A stretch of 64,000 nucleotides of DNA, from NCBI RefSeq assembly GCF_018350175.1, contig NC_058368.1, positions 18,416,001-18,480,000 of the forward strand, written 5' to 3'. Source of the DNA: Felis catus. Lineage: Eukaryota. Below, in pieces: positions 62,645 to 64,000 of this stretch. The notes beneath the pieces are model-generated. The model was not told where the DNA came from, ran no database searches, and worked only from the letters and a program-made list of their open reading frames with translations. The position numbers were made by a program, and so were the translations under genes. How positions within the stretch are numbered: position 1 is the stretch's first letter; the number at the start of each line of letters is the position of its first letter.

Positions 62645-64000
62645 AACGAGAATTATCTTTTAACCAACTTACTTGGCCAAAATTAAAAAGGTGATAACCT
62701 TGCAACCAATCCTGTATTTTTTTCCCCCTAACTTCACTTGTCTGTGAAATGAAATGTCCAGGAACCACTAACCTAAGACATGGAAGTACTATATAACTTC
62801 TTTTCAAATTTCAAGACTCTTAGACAGATGCAGAGTTCTTGTAAGTACTTTTTCCTTTTGACAGTTACCACCATATAGGTTACAGGGAAGGCTGACATTT
62901 AGAAGGGCACACTGTGTGCCAGCAATCACACCAGACTCCTTCTTGTAATTCAGGTCATTAAGCTCACATGACATAATTGTATGGTGGATATTATTTAATT
63001 CTAACAGGAATTTTATAACTGGAACAAAACCACATGGTGGTGAAGTCAGGATTCCCGTCTGACTTGCAAGCCCATGCTGTCTCCTATTCCATGGCCTTGG
63101 TTATGACTGAGAGGCACACGTCACTGGGCCTGAAAGAGTATCATCTCCTCGGGTATCATCTCCCCCGGCCTCTAATTTCACAAAAGAGGAGACCAAGCAA
63201 CAGTGAGGTTAGGTGACTTCTGGCCCAAGGCTTGCTCCGCGAACCCGGCAATGGATCTAAGCTGCAACTCAGCGGGTCAACTCCCAGCCCTGAGCTCTCT
63301 CTCTCCGTGGTCCCCATTGCTTTCACAAGCACCACTGGGTGCCCCCTGATGACCCACCTCACCACAGTGGGGAAGAGACAGCTACCCTCCGTGCCACCCA
63401 GACCCAGGCTAAGAGCAGTGGACACCTTCCAGAGCCCACGGGCTCTGGATGTGACTCCAAGCCCGCCCAGGAGGCTCACCCCGCACAGCTGTTGCAAGGG
63501 GAAGATGCTGGAAGCCAAGTGGTTCCCTGTCAGTGGCCTCCACCCAGCTCAGGCCATGCCCCAAGGAATGGGGGCCACAGGGACAAAGGGGCATTGTATG
63601 TGGTAGAGAGAGGGGGCCTGGGGAGGAATGCACTGGGCAATTTCTTCCTCTCGTTGAGCCGGCCTCACCCAGCTGTCTTGTGGTGACAAGAAGGAACCTC
63701 CGGATAGGGGCTGCACGCCCACTGTATATGACAGGAGACCCAAGCTGATTGATTGAGTTATTAGATTTCCCCAAAGGATGAAGAGCTTCATTTAGCCCGC
63801 ATTGTGTCACTCGATACAATGCCCCTGAGTATACAGACACTGCCTTATCACATTCCCTTTGATTCCCTCCAAATGGAGACATTTAAAAAGAGTCCGATAA
63901 CATTTTTCTGAAAGAAGCTCCCACCTCCTCTTTTTTTTTTTTTCCCCCAAGAAGAGGCCTAGAATCATTTGTCTCCAAAAGGGGGCCCTCCTAAAGAAGC

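Overview
Mammalian (felid, cat-like) genomic DNA. Lineage evidence: 19 tRNA-derived Can-SINEs, several with intact target-site duplications (TSDs), and felid-type L1 3' ends, plus older MIR, L2, MaLR/ERVL LTR and hAT/TcMar relics. I find no intact protein-coding gene, RNA gene or CRISPR array. The ORF track is dominated by SINE, microsatellite and antisense shadow ORFs. The main non-repeat signal is in the first 18.6 kb. Reading the minus strand by hand gives a chain of about 16 exons (18613 to 515, continuing past the window start) whose splice phases join from end to end. The spliced frame (~1050 codons) carries ~20 in-frame stops (mostly TGA), one destroyed acceptor (AG>GG) and a Can-SINE inserted into an exon, so it reads as an unprocessed pseudogene. 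Its N-terminal exons show kinesin-motor-like segments in the right order but without the catalytic motifs, followed by a coiled-coil-like stretch and a low-complexity tail. I cannot name the gene, and the kinesin assignment is by-eye inference. The remaining ~45 kb is repeat-rich non-coding DNA with a few candidate regulatory elements.
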